A stretch of 64,000 nucleotides of DNA from an uncultured virus (IMG/VR IMGVR_UViG_3300027688_000449) (lineage: Duplodnaviria; Heunggongvirae; Uroviricota; Caudoviricetes). A program made the position numbers and the translations under genes. Within the stretch, counting starts at the first letter, position 1, and the number at the start of each line of letters is the position of its first letter. The stretch lies in the IMG/VR virus record IMGVR_UViG_3300027688_000449; one strand, 5' to 3'. Under the pieces are notes generated by a model. That model saw only the letters and a list, made by a program, of their open reading frames with translations, searched no databases and was not told where the DNA came from. Shown here piece after piece: positions 10,285 to 18,250 of the stretch.

Positions 10285-11950
10285 AATAACATTAGTAACG
10301 GGACTTTGGAATATTAAACGTGATGAACTAGAAGAAGGTTGGTCACGTTCATTTCAACATTATTTGGATAAATTTGACCAACTATTAAAAGTTGATAATC
10401 CAATGATAATTTTTGGTGATTCTGATTTAGAATCATTTGTTTTTGAAAGACGAAACAAAGATAATACATTGTTTATATCTCGCAGTCAAGAATGGTTCAA
10501 AAATGAATTTTATGACAAAATACAAACAATCAGAACAAACCCCGAATGGTATAATCAGGCGGGTTGGTTATCACAATCAACACAAGCAAGATTAGATATG
10601 TATAATCCTTTGGTTATGTCAAAGGTATTTTTGTTAAATGACGCCAGAATTATGGACCCATTTAATTCAGACATGATGTTTTGGATTGATGCTGGTTTAA
10701 CAAACACGGTTCACCCTGGTTATTTTACACATGATAAAGTCTTAGAGAAATTACCTAACCATATTAACAAATTTTCATTTGTTTGTTTCCCATATCAAGC
10801 TGAAAACGAAATACACGGATTTAACTTTAATCAACTTAATGGAATTGTTGGTGAAAAGGTGGAAATGGTTGCACGTGGTGGGTTCTTTGGTGGTCCAAAA
10901 CACACAATAGGGGACATTAACGGGATTTATTACAATTTGTTATCATCTACGTTGTCTCGTGGACTTATGGGGACTGAGGAGTCAATATTTTCAATCATGT
11001 GTTATAAACATGCCGATTTAATTGACTACTTTGAAATTGAATCAAATGGTTTATTTGGGAAATTCTTTGAGGATTTAAAGAATGAAACATTAGAGAAAAA
11101 CAACAAACAGGGATTTACACCAATTAATGATGATTTGAATACAGACAACACGGCATTATATGTTATAACATTTAATAGCCCAAAACAATTTAAAACATTA
11201 ATTGAATCAATGATTCAATATGATAAAGATTTTTTAGATAAACCAAAAAAATATCTTTTGGATAATTCATCTGATTTATCAACTACCGAGGAATACTCGG
11301 TAATTTGTAATGAATTTGGTTTTGAACATATTAAGAAAGACAATTTAGGTATCTGTGGTGGTAGACAATGGATTTCAGAACATGCTGAAGAAAATGGATT
11401 TGATTTTCATTTCTTTTTTGAAGATGATATGTTCTTTTACCCAAATAAAGGTGAGGTATGTAGGAATGGATTTAATAGATATGTTCCAAATTTATACAAA
11501 AACACCTTAGAAATTACAAAAAACAATCACTTTGATTTTTTAAAGTTTAATTATAGCGAATTTTATGGTGATAATGGTATCCAATGGTCGTGGTACAATG
11601 TCCCACAAAACTTTAGATTAGAACACTGGCCTGAAAAACCCAATTTACCTGTTCATGGTCAAGACCCAAATGCTCCAAGAACAAAATTTAAACATGTGAG
11701 GACTCACAATGGTGTTCCATTTGTATCTGGTGAGATTTATTATTGTAACTGGCCACAAGTTGTGACCCGTCATGGTAATAAGAAAATGTTTTTAGAAACA
11801 ACATGGGGACATCCATTTGAACAAACTTGGATGAGTTATATTTTCCAAGAAACAATCAAGGGAGAAATCAATCCAGGACTCTTACTTATGACACCTACTG
11901 AACATGATAGGTTTGATTTTTATGATGGTTCATTAAGAAAAGAATCTTAA
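10277..11950 (+). CDS. HtrL/YibB-like glycosyltransferase fused to a C-terminal GT-A-like domain
   Basis: N-half has ITLVTGLWNI.R, WIDAG, GGFFGG, EESIFS (HtrL-like); C-half has LYVITFN, LLDNS, NLGICGGRQ, FFEDD. Confidence 0.6.
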   Translation: MSKITLVTGLWNIKRDELEEGWSRSFQHYLDKFDQLLKVDNPMIIFGDSDLESFVFERRNKDNTLFISRSQEWFKNEFYDKIQTIRTNPEWYNQAGWLSQSTQARLDMYNPLVMSKVFLLNDARIMDPFNSDMMFWIDAGLTNTVHPGYFTHDKVLEKLPNHINKFSFVCFPYQAENEIHGFNFNQLNGIVGEKVEMVARGGFFGGPKHTIGDINGIYYNLLSSTLSRGLMGTEESIFSIMCYKHADLIDYFEIESNGLFGKFFEDLKNETLEKNNKQGFTPINDDLNTDNTALYVITFNSPKQFKTLIESMIQYDKDFLDKPKKYLLDNSSDLSTTEEYSVICNEFGFEHIKKDNLGICGGRQWISEHAEENGFDFHFFFEDDMFFYPNKGEVCRNGFNRYVPNLYKNTLEITKNNHFDFLKFNYSEFYGDNGIQWSWYNVPQNFRLEHWPEKPNLPVHGQDPNAPRTKFKHVRTHNGVPFVSGEIYYCNWPQVVTRHGNKKMFLETTWGHPFEQTWMSYIFQETIKGEINPGLLLMTPTEHDRFDFYDGSLRKES

Positions 11951-11954
11951 TGAG

Positions 11955-11961
11955 TATTTAT
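11955..11961 (+). promoter_or_regulatory. TATTTAT late-gene motif
   Basis: 5 nt upstream of ATG 11967; the same heptamer precedes 13 other genes in the window. Confidence 0.6.
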
Positions 11962-11966
11962 ATGTA

Positions 11967-12368
11967 ATGGAATTTAATATTAAGAAAAACGCGACATTAC
12001 CACTTTTAAAAATGCAAGTGGTAAGAGACGGTAGAAGTGAATACCAATCTTTTATGGATTCTTTAGGTAGTGCGTCAATTTTCTTTTCTATGATTGATGA
12101 AGCAACAGGAATACCAAAAATTGTTTCAAAACCTGCGTATATTGTAGAAGTGGTTAATGACGACTCAAATGCATTACCTGAGTATTACGTATATTTTAAA
12201 TTCACATCTCGTGATACAAATAGTGTTGGTCGTTATGTTGGACAATTTTTGATTAAATATAATAATGGTCTTTTAGGTGGAATTGAAGGAAATCTTATTC
12301 TACCATTAAGAGATGAGTTATATATCAATGTTCAAGAAAGTTTTATTATAGATAGTCCTTGTTGTTGA
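11967..12368 (+). CDS. Hypothetical protein, probable virion component (BppU N-terminal-like beta sandwich)
   Basis: F.IK.N.TLP.L start, Y.F...DT..VG.Y.GQF.I pattern; preceded by TATTTAT. Confidence 0.4.
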   Translation: MEFNIKKNATLPLLKMQVVRDGRSEYQSFMDSLGSASIFFSMIDEATGIPKIVSKPAYIVEVVNDDSNALPEYYVYFKFTSRDTNSVGRYVGQFLIKYNNGLLGGIEGNLILPLRDELYINVQESFIIDSPCC

Positions 12369-12393
12369 CGAGGTTAAATCCAATACCTATACT
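12365..12393 (+). promoter_or_regulatory. Sigma70-type promoter for the DNA polymerase gene
   Basis: TTGACG (12365-12370), 17-nt spacer, TATACT (12388-12393). Confidence 0.65.
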
Positions 12394-12463
12394 TTAACCA
12401 ATGAGTAAGACAAACTCCGTATTTTACGGAAGATAATAGGTCACTCGGTTAAAATTTATAGAA

Positions 12464-15199
12464 ATGATATCAAACGAAGAAATTAAAGAGTTCTTGGAAG
12501 GTGGCGACCCCGAACAATTCATTGTGTCCATAGAATTTGATTATGTGACAGACGCAATCTACAAAATTAAAGAAGTTCCTGGTAAGGGAAAACAAATCAT
12601 AAAAGATAATTTTATACCTTTTGCTTGGGTCGGTGACCTAAAGGGTTTAAATTTTTATCAAGGTTCAAAAGGTTTACAAAAGGATGCAATGTCAAGACAT
12701 AAAATTGTCATTGACAAGTTAGAAACCCACGATAATGAAAGATTAGAGAATGGTTTAACTTATATAGTTAAATGCCTTGGTGGATATCGTTCATTAATTC
12801 AATTTTTCCGTGATGGTGGTATTGACCCTTGGGGTGATAAGGCTAAAGATAAGTTTCTTATGTTACCCCCCGTTGAACAATATCTTATTCAGAAAGAAAA
12901 ACGACTATTCAAAGGATATGAAGAATACAATGACATAACCCGACTTGTATTTGACTTAGAAACGACCTCACTTGAACCAAAGGATGGTCGTATATTCATG
13001 ATTGGAATGAAAACAAACAAAGGGTTCCACGAGGTAATTGAATGTGATACAGAAGAAACTGAAAAGTTGGGTTTAATTAAATTCTTTGACACAATTAACG
13101 AACTTAAACCATCTATCATTGGTGGATATAACTCATTTAACTTTGACTGGTTGTGGATTTTTGAGAGAGCCAAGGCACTTGGATTGGATATAAAGAAGAT
13201 AGCCAAGTCACTTAACCCCCAACGTACCATATCTCAGAAAGAACAAATGTTGAAGCTTGCCAATGAGGTAGAAAGATACCCACAGACCTCAATGTGGGGG
13301 TATAACATCATTGATATCTTACACTCAGTTCGTAGAGCCCAAGCGATTAACTCAAACATTAAGTCTGCGGGTTTGAAATACATAACTCAGTACTTGGAGA
13401 TTCAAGATGAAGACCGTGTATACATTGACCACACTGAAATCGGTCCTATGTACGCCAAAAAAGAAGATTATTGGTTTAATGTTAAAAACGGAAAGTATAA
13501 AAAGGCCGATAATCCACAATTTGATGACCTTGATACACGTTTTCCTGGTACATATATCAAGACTACTGGTGACAAAATTGTAGAACAGTATCTTGATGAT
13601 GACTTAGATGAAACCCTACGTGTAGATGACGAGTTTAACCAAGGTTCGTTCCTTTTGGCTTCGTTGGTTCCTACAACTTATGAGCGTGTAAGTACGATGG
13701 GTACGGCAACTTTGTGGAAGATGATTATGTTGGCTTGGTCTTATAAATACAACTTGGCTATTCCCGCTAAACAAGATAAGACTGACTTTGTTGGTGGATT
13801 GTCTCGTTTGATTAAAGTTGGTTATTCTACATCTGTATTGAAATTGGACTTTAGTTCACTTTATCCATCTATTCAGTTAGTACATGATGTGTTTCCTGAT
13901 TGTGATGTGACAGGTGCGATGAAAGGATTATTGGGTTACTTTAGAAATTCTCGTATTATGTACAAACAATTGGCTGAAGAGTTTGAAAAGAGTGACCCTA
14001 AGAAGTCAAAATCATATGACCGTAAACAGTTACCGATTAAAATCTTTATTAACTCAATGTTTGGTGCGTTATCAGCACCACAAGTATTCCATTGGGGTGA
14101 TATGTACATGGGTGAACAAATTACTTGTACAGGTAGACAATACTTGCGTCAGATGATTGGTTTCTTTATGAAACGTGGCTATGAACCATTGGTAATGGAT
14201 ACGGATGGTGTGAACTTTTCATCACCATCTAATATTAGTGACCGTAAATACATTGGTCGTGGTTTGAATTGGAAAGTAGTGGAAGGTAAAGAATACGTTG
14301 GTGCGGCTGCGGATATTGCCGAATACAATGACATATTCATGAGAGGTGAGATGGCTTTGGATAATGATGGTGTTTGGCCGGCTTGTATTAACTTGGCTCG
14401 TAAGAATTACGCTTTGATGACCGATAAGGGTAAAATCAAATTGGTTGGTAACACTATTAAATCAAAGAAATTACCAGGTTATATTGAAGAGTTTTTGGAC
14501 AAAGGAATTAAGATGTTACTTCAAGGTCAGGGTAAAGATTTTATTGAGTATTACTATGAATATCTACAAAAGATTTATGATATGAAAGTTCCTCTGGCAA
14601 AAATTGCCCAAAGAGCGAGAATTAAACATTCTTTGAGTGATTATAAATTCCGTTGTACTCAAAAAACAAAAGCGGGTTCATTAATGTCACGTCAAGCACA
14701 TATGGAACTTGCAATTCACCATAACTTAAGTGTTAACTTGGGTGATGTGATTACTTATGTAAATAACGGGTTAAGAGCATCTCACGGTGATGTGGTTAAG
14801 AAGGCGGATAGTTTGGTTTTGAATTGTTATTTGTTGGACCCTGCGGAATTGGAAGCAAATCCTGATTTAACAGGAAACTATAATGTGGCGAGAGCAATTG
14901 CGACTTTTAACAAACGTATTGACCCATTATTGGTTGTGTTTAAAGATGAAGTTCGTGAATCGTTCATTGTAACTGACCCCGAAAAACGTGGAATATTTAC
15001 AACAGCACAATGTGAATTAATTAATGGACATCCATTAGGTGAAGGTGACCAAGATGATTTGAACGATGTGTTAACAATTTCTGAACAGGAAATGTCTTAT
15101 TGGAAAAAACGTGGATTGGAACCTTTTTATATCTACGAAAAAGCAGAAGAAGGTTGGGAAAATCAAATTACGGGATTACCAAATTTTCAAACCATCTGA
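12464..15199 (+). CDS. Family B DNA polymerase with 3'-5' exonuclease
   Basis: Exo motifs FDLETT and GYNSFNFD; polymerase motifs LDFSSLYPSI, KIFINSMFG, MDTDG, RKNYA. Confidence 0.95.
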   Translation: MISNEEIKEFLEGGDPEQFIVSIEFDYVTDAIYKIKEVPGKGKQIIKDNFIPFAWVGDLKGLNFYQGSKGLQKDAMSRHKIVIDKLETHDNERLENGLTYIVKCLGGYRSLIQFFRDGGIDPWGDKAKDKFLMLPPVEQYLIQKEKRLFKGYEEYNDITRLVFDLETTSLEPKDGRIFMIGMKTNKGFHEVIECDTEETEKLGLIKFFDTINELKPSIIGGYNSFNFDWLWIFERAKALGLDIKKIAKSLNPQRTISQKEQMLKLANEVERYPQTSMWGYNIIDILHSVRRAQAINSNIKSAGLKYITQYLEIQDEDRVYIDHTEIGPMYAKKEDYWFNVKNGKYKKADNPQFDDLDTRFPGTYIKTTGDKIVEQYLDDDLDETLRVDDEFNQGSFLLASLVPTTYERVSTMGTATLWKMIMLAWSYKYNLAIPAKQDKTDFVGGLSRLIKVGYSTSVLKLDFSSLYPSIQLVHDVFPDCDVTGAMKGLLGYFRNSRIMYKQLAEEFEKSDPKKSKSYDRKQLPIKIFINSMFGALSAPQVFHWGDMYMGEQITCTGRQYLRQMIGFFMKRGYEPLVMDTDGVNFSSPSNISDRKYIGRGLNWKVVEGKEYVGAAADIAEYNDIFMRGEMALDNDGVWPACINLARKNYALMTDKGKIKLVGNTIKSKKLPGYIEEFLDKGIKMLLQGQGKDFIEYYYEYLQKIYDMKVPLAKIAQRARIKHSLSDYKFRCTQKTKAGSLMSRQAHMELAIHHNLSVNLGDVITYVNNGLRASHGDVVKKADSLVLNCYLLDPAELEANPDLTGNYNVARAIATFNKRIDPLLVVFKDEVRESFIVTDPEKRGIFTTAQCELINGHPLGEGDQDDLNDVLTISEQEMSYWKKRGLEPFYIYEKAEEGWENQITGLPNFQTI

Positions 15200-15511
15200 A
15201 GATAAGATATACCAAGATTGGTTAATAAAAACAAATTCTACACAAGCACCTTTTTCAATAGAGATTTCATCCCACTCTTCATCAATTGAATTGATGTCAG
15301 GCAAAATTAATACGTTTGTCATTGCTTTTATTTTAACTCTATCCGTAGTTAATGAATTTAATTTTAAAATACAATTACTAACACCACGAACAACAATAGC
15401 ATATTCTCCATTTGTGGTATATTGTGGTTCAGAAACAATGGCTAATTCAGAAGTTCTAATCTGAACACCATTAATGATTTTGATTGCGGGTATTGATTTA
15501 ATTATTGGCAT
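15176..15511 (-). CDS. Hypothetical protein (possible small virion protein)
   Basis: ATG at 15511 lies 2 nt after the neck-protein stop; 3' end overlaps the polymerase 3' end by 24 nt. Confidence 0.55.
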   Translation of the reverse strand: MPIIKSIPAIKIINGVQIRTSELAIVSEPQYTTNGEYAIVVRGVSNCILKLNSLTTDRVKIKAMTNVLILPDINSIDEEWDEISIEKGACVEFVFINQSWYILSSDGLKIW

Positions 15512-15512
15512 A

Positions 15513-16628
15513 TTATACAACAGTTATTGGTATTGGCATTGCTCTATATTTTAATTGCTTGTTTAAATTTTCAGCAATAGAACCTTCTTTTTCCATTTGT
15601 TTTTCAGGACGTAATCTTTCTAATCTTAGTTGGAGTTCTGTCACTAAAGAAACTTTTTCATCTTTAGCTTCGGTTTGAAGAGACTGATAATCCATTGTTA
15701 ATTCACTATCAGGTGTCTTCAAATTACCACTGAATTTACCCCTTACACGAGCCAAGGTCTCTTTGCAGTATGCGGTGAACCATCTTCTAACCCATTGTCT
15801 TGCAGGGTCGTTTAAATCAATCCAGCTTAATTCGTCTAATGGAATGTCTGATGGTAATTTTACGATATCGGGATTATCTTTAAGACATTGGTCTCTGTCA
15901 GCATCAGTTGTGTCATAATACCAATACCAAACACGGCCTCTCATTAATTCATTATCACCAAAGTCAAATCTACCACCAGGTGTGTTATACAACATAACCG
16001 CTCTTTTTCCATCGGGAAGTGCTGTTACACGATAACTAACATCGGGTTGAATAATTCTTCTTTTAAGATTTAAGTCTTGTTGTCTTGCTAACACATCATA
16101 AGATGATAACATAAAATATCCTCCACCGTTACCCGCTTGAGCAAACCCACCTACACCACCAAATCCACCTATACCACCAAGACTACCCAATGAAAAAGGG
16201 TCAAATAACAAATTGTTTTGCTCGGCTGGTGAATACCATAAAAGTTCGTTAATTTCACGACCCGCAGGTATTTCATATATTTGTACATTTTGTTGTAATT
16301 CAAAGTAATCCTTTTTAAGTACCCAAGGACCTGAGTTTTGAAGACCAACAATTTTAGAATATGCGTAAGTGTATTGTGTTTCCCAATCAAGACTTCGTCT
16401 AATTAAAGCATTTGCTACTGATTGGGTATCCAAATTCATACCATACAATGTTGTCCATTGTGATTCAATTAACCAGTCATAAAGATATTGCGTATAGTCA
16501 CCGATGGATAATTCAAGTAATGAATCCATCATTTCAAATTCTAATTCCACAGCTCTTAATGGAGCTCCAAGTTGATTTAAAATCCTGTTATACAGTTTGG
16601 TTCTTTCTGGTTCAGCAATAACTACCAT
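15513..16628 (-). CDS. Neck protein / head-tail adaptor (T4 gp13-like)
   Basis: N-terminal LGAPLRAVEL and C-terminal WVRRWFTAYCKETLARVRGKF...EAKDEK parallel T4 gp13; preceded by TATTTAT. Confidence 0.8.
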   Translation of the reverse strand: MVVIAEPERTKLYNRILNQLGAPLRAVELEFEMMDSLLELSIGDYTQYLYDWLIESQWTTLYGMNLDTQSVANALIRRSLDWETQYTYAYSKIVGLQNSGPWVLKKDYFELQQNVQIYEIPAGREINELLWYSPAEQNNLLFDPFSLGSLGGIGGFGGVGGFAQAGNGGGYFMLSSYDVLARQQDLNLKRRIIQPDVSYRVTALPDGKRAVMLYNTPGGRFDFGDNELMRGRVWYWYYDTTDADRDQCLKDNPDIVKLPSDIPLDELSWIDLNDPARQWVRRWFTAYCKETLARVRGKFSGNLKTPDSELTMDYQSLQTEAKDEKVSLVTELQLRLERLRPEKQMEKEGSIAENLNKQLKYRAMPIPITVV

Positions 16629-16640
16629 AGTCTTTTGTAT

Positions 16641-16647
16641 ATAAATA
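16641..16647 (-). promoter_or_regulatory. TATTTAT late-gene motif
   Basis: ATAAATA on the + strand, 12 nt upstream of the neck gene start on the - strand. Confidence 0.6.
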
Positions 16648-16655
16648 TCAGGTTA

Positions 16656-18200
16656 TTATAATTGATACAACTTGGCATCAATTAGGAAATAATAAACTCC
16701 GTCAATGATTTTTGTATTTGAATTATCAAAGATTACCATATCATCCAAACGTTTCATAAAAATCATCCAATTTGTTTGATATTTTTTAACATTTGCGGTT
16801 CCGTCAACTTTATACATGTCATCATTTCTTGTTATGTGACTGAATGGTTTTACCTGTGCGGTTTTTTCAACACCATCAACCATAATCTTAACATCAACAC
16901 CCGTCATCATATCTTCTTTGTTTCCAAGTTCACCAATACGAGTTACATTTTCATCACCAAATTGTTTTTTTAGTTTTTCAACAACAGCGTCTTCAGTTTT
17001 ATTACCTTTGTCTGATGTTACACCCATTACACTCATAACTGTCTTTAATGTTTCAGACTCCAATGAGAATACTCTAAACTTAACTTTGTTTAAAACCTTC
17101 AACATTCTTGCCATTTCAATAACTTGTTCTTTTGGTGTTTTATCTGAAAAAATAATAGGTTCCTCACCTACTTTTGTAAGATATTTGTTTATATCTTTTT
17201 TCAATACACAAAATGCACTGTAGTTTGTGTTTAAATAATTTATAACTGACCTTCCTTTACCTTCCAAATTATAAACACCCGACATTTGTCCTTTTTCGTA
17301 TTCATCTTTGTTGTAGTATCTATCAGCAAATGTATCTTTTAAAATTTGCATGATGGCATTCTTGTATAGATTAAGAACATCTCTGTTTGTATTAAACAAT
17401 AACTTTGATGCCATCTTATCTTGGGTTGAACAGGGTTCACTTTTAACCGCTTCGGTCAAAAATTCTTTAGCGGTTGTAGATTCTTTTACTGTTTTATCTA
17501 ACTTTCTTGAAAGTTCTGACTCTACGTAGTCCCAATTAACAACTCTCCAAAAGTTTTTTACGTATTCGTCTTTCCTATTTCTATATTTTAGATAATATGC
17601 GTGTTCCCATAAATCCAAACCTAAAATTGGATAACCACCTTGGTCAACAACATCCATAAGTGGATTGTCTTGATTCGCGGTTGTCATAATTTTTAAGGTT
17701 CCTCGTTTTGTAAGAACTAACCAACACCATCCTGAACCAAACCTATCTTTTGATTGACCTTCAAATTTCTTTTTAAAGTCGGCAAATGATGAAAAACTCT
17801 GATTAATTTTTTTAAGTGTGATTGGACCCGGTTTTGTTGTTTTTGGTGTTAACATTTTCCAAAACAATTGGTGGTTGTAGGCACCACCCGCATTGTTTCT
17901 AATGAATTTGTTGAAACTGTCTATTGTTTTAACAATTTCTTCTAAGGTTAAATCCTCATCATCTTTTAATGCTCCGTTTAATTTATCAACATAACCTTTG
18001 TAGTGTTTGTTATAATGAACACTCATGGTTTCGGGGTCAATAAATTGTTTTAGTGCGGCATAAGAATAGGGTAATTTTTCTATCTTAATGTTTTTGGCTT
18101 CTGCGACAACTTTTTGTACTTTTTGTTCTTGTTGTCTTTTAACTTCTTTTTTTTGTAAATCTTCTTCAATTACTTCAATCCTATTTTTAAGATTCTTCAT
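16656..18200 (-). CDS. sodA: Fe/Mn superoxide dismutase (Mn-type signatures) fused to a C-terminal PD-(D/E)xK nuclease-like domain
   Basis: LPYSYAAL, TMSVHYNKHYKGY, NNAGGAYNHQLFW, FGSGWCWL, NQDNP, DLWEHAYY: all four metal ligands present. C-terminal ~280 aa contain GNKTE...EDMMTGVD...TAQVK. Confidence 0.85.
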   Translation of the reverse strand: MKNLKNRIEVIEEDLQKKEVKRQQEQKVQKVVAEAKNIKIEKLPYSYAALKQFIDPETMSVHYNKHYKGYVDKLNGALKDDEDLTLEEIVKTIDSFNKFIRNNAGGAYNHQLFWKMLTPKTTKPGPITLKKINQSFSSFADFKKKFEGQSKDRFGSGWCWLVLTKRGTLKIMTTANQDNPLMDVVDQGGYPILGLDLWEHAYYLKYRNRKDEYVKNFWRVVNWDYVESELSRKLDKTVKESTTAKEFLTEAVKSEPCSTQDKMASKLLFNTNRDVLNLYKNAIMQILKDTFADRYYNKDEYEKGQMSGVYNLEGKGRSVINYLNTNYSAFCVLKKDINKYLTKVGEEPIIFSDKTPKEQVIEMARMLKVLNKVKFRVFSLESETLKTVMSVMGVTSDKGNKTEDAVVEKLKKQFGDENVTRIGELGNKEDMMTGVDVKIMVDGVEKTAQVKPFSHITRNDDMYKVDGTANVKKYQTNWMIFMKRLDDMVIFDNSNTKIIDGVYYFLIDAKLYQL

Positions 18201-18204
18201 AAGG

Positions 18205-18243
18205 TCGGCTTTTATTAATGTTTATTAATTATAAATAAGCCGA
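18205..18243 (-). promoter_or_regulatory. Hairpin containing the TATTTAT motif, ending 4 nt before the SOD start codon
   Basis: TCGGCTT (18205-18211) / AAGCCGA (18237-18243) arms plus an inner ATTAAT/ATTAAT stem; motif at 18231-18237. Confidence 0.55.
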
Positions 18244-18250
18244 AGTTTGA

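Noticed and set aside
54..11950. Host chromosomal capsule/LPS locus (prophage boundary or chimera)
   Set aside because: No transport, polymerase or housekeeping genes, no integrase or att-like repeat, and the run leads directly into a gene carrying the phage late motif. A chimera cannot be fully excluded without reads.
12394..12453. Hammerhead ribozyme or known riboswitch in the polB leader
   Set aside because: It lacks the CUGANGA/GAAA core and I recognise no riboswitch consensus; kept only as a generic structured leader.
15111..15464. 117-aa plus-strand ORF, and the many other 60-113 aa alternate-frame ORFs in the track
   Set aside because: They overlap well-supported genes in another frame or strand and have no recognisable motifs or upstream signals.
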